Assembly: GCF_001194135.2 (NCBI RefSeq)
Contig: NC_069006.1
Span: forward strand, 611,571-675,570
DNA length: 64,000 bases
DNA from: Octopus bimaculoides
Lineage: Eukaryota
Direction of reading: 5' to 3'
Shown here: positions 63,769 to 64,000 of the stretch, piece by piece
Layout: every line of letters begins with the position of its first letter
How positions within the stretch are numbered: the stretch's first letter is position 1
Notes under the pieces: model-generated
What the model was told of the DNA's origin: nothing
What the model saw: the letters and a program-made list of their open reading frames with translations, nothing else
Database searches by the model: none
Made by a program: the position numbers and the translations under genes

Positions 63769-64000
63769 TATATATATATATATTCATTTAAAATGCAGAG
63801 ATGCCTATAATAGGACATCTACTCGCTAGAAATAGCAGCAAAAGACTACATACCACAAAAATTTGGGATAATTTCGAAAGGAAATGAAAAATAAAAACTT
63901 TTACCAATCTATATTCTGTACCATGGTTTCAAGTCAATTTTAGTAAGATAAAGATTATATCTTACAAGGTCGGACTATCGTCAGCAGAAATGACCAGACA

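Overview
AT-rich, microsatellite-saturated animal genomic DNA with about 10% assembly gaps (20 N runs). The repeat landscape resembles an Octopus (coleoid cephalopod) draft assembly; this is inferred from pattern recall, not a database search. No intact, recognisable host gene is present, and nearly all ORFs in the track are translations of simple repeats or N runs. Supportable content: four tRNA-headed SINE-like families in roughly 40 copies; decayed DNA transposons (a Tigger/pogo transposase fossil at ~52.4-54.4 kb, a DD34D mariner fossil at ~35.0-36.1 kb, and mariner, Tigger and hAT MITEs); non-LTR retroelement remnants (Tx1/L1, RTE, R4/Dong-type RLE, Penelope GIY-YIG); minisatellites; and a mosaic duplicated module at 60-63.8 kb. 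The best leads are a 69-bp-arm foldback hairpin at 52.1 kb, the duplicated module with a conserved splice donor and ETS-like motifs, two speculative phase-compatible exon chains (one per strand), (CATA)n-associated R4/Dong 3' ends, and head-to-tail and inverted SINE stacking. I see no unambiguous novel system. Most repeat boundaries are approximate (about +/-20 bp).
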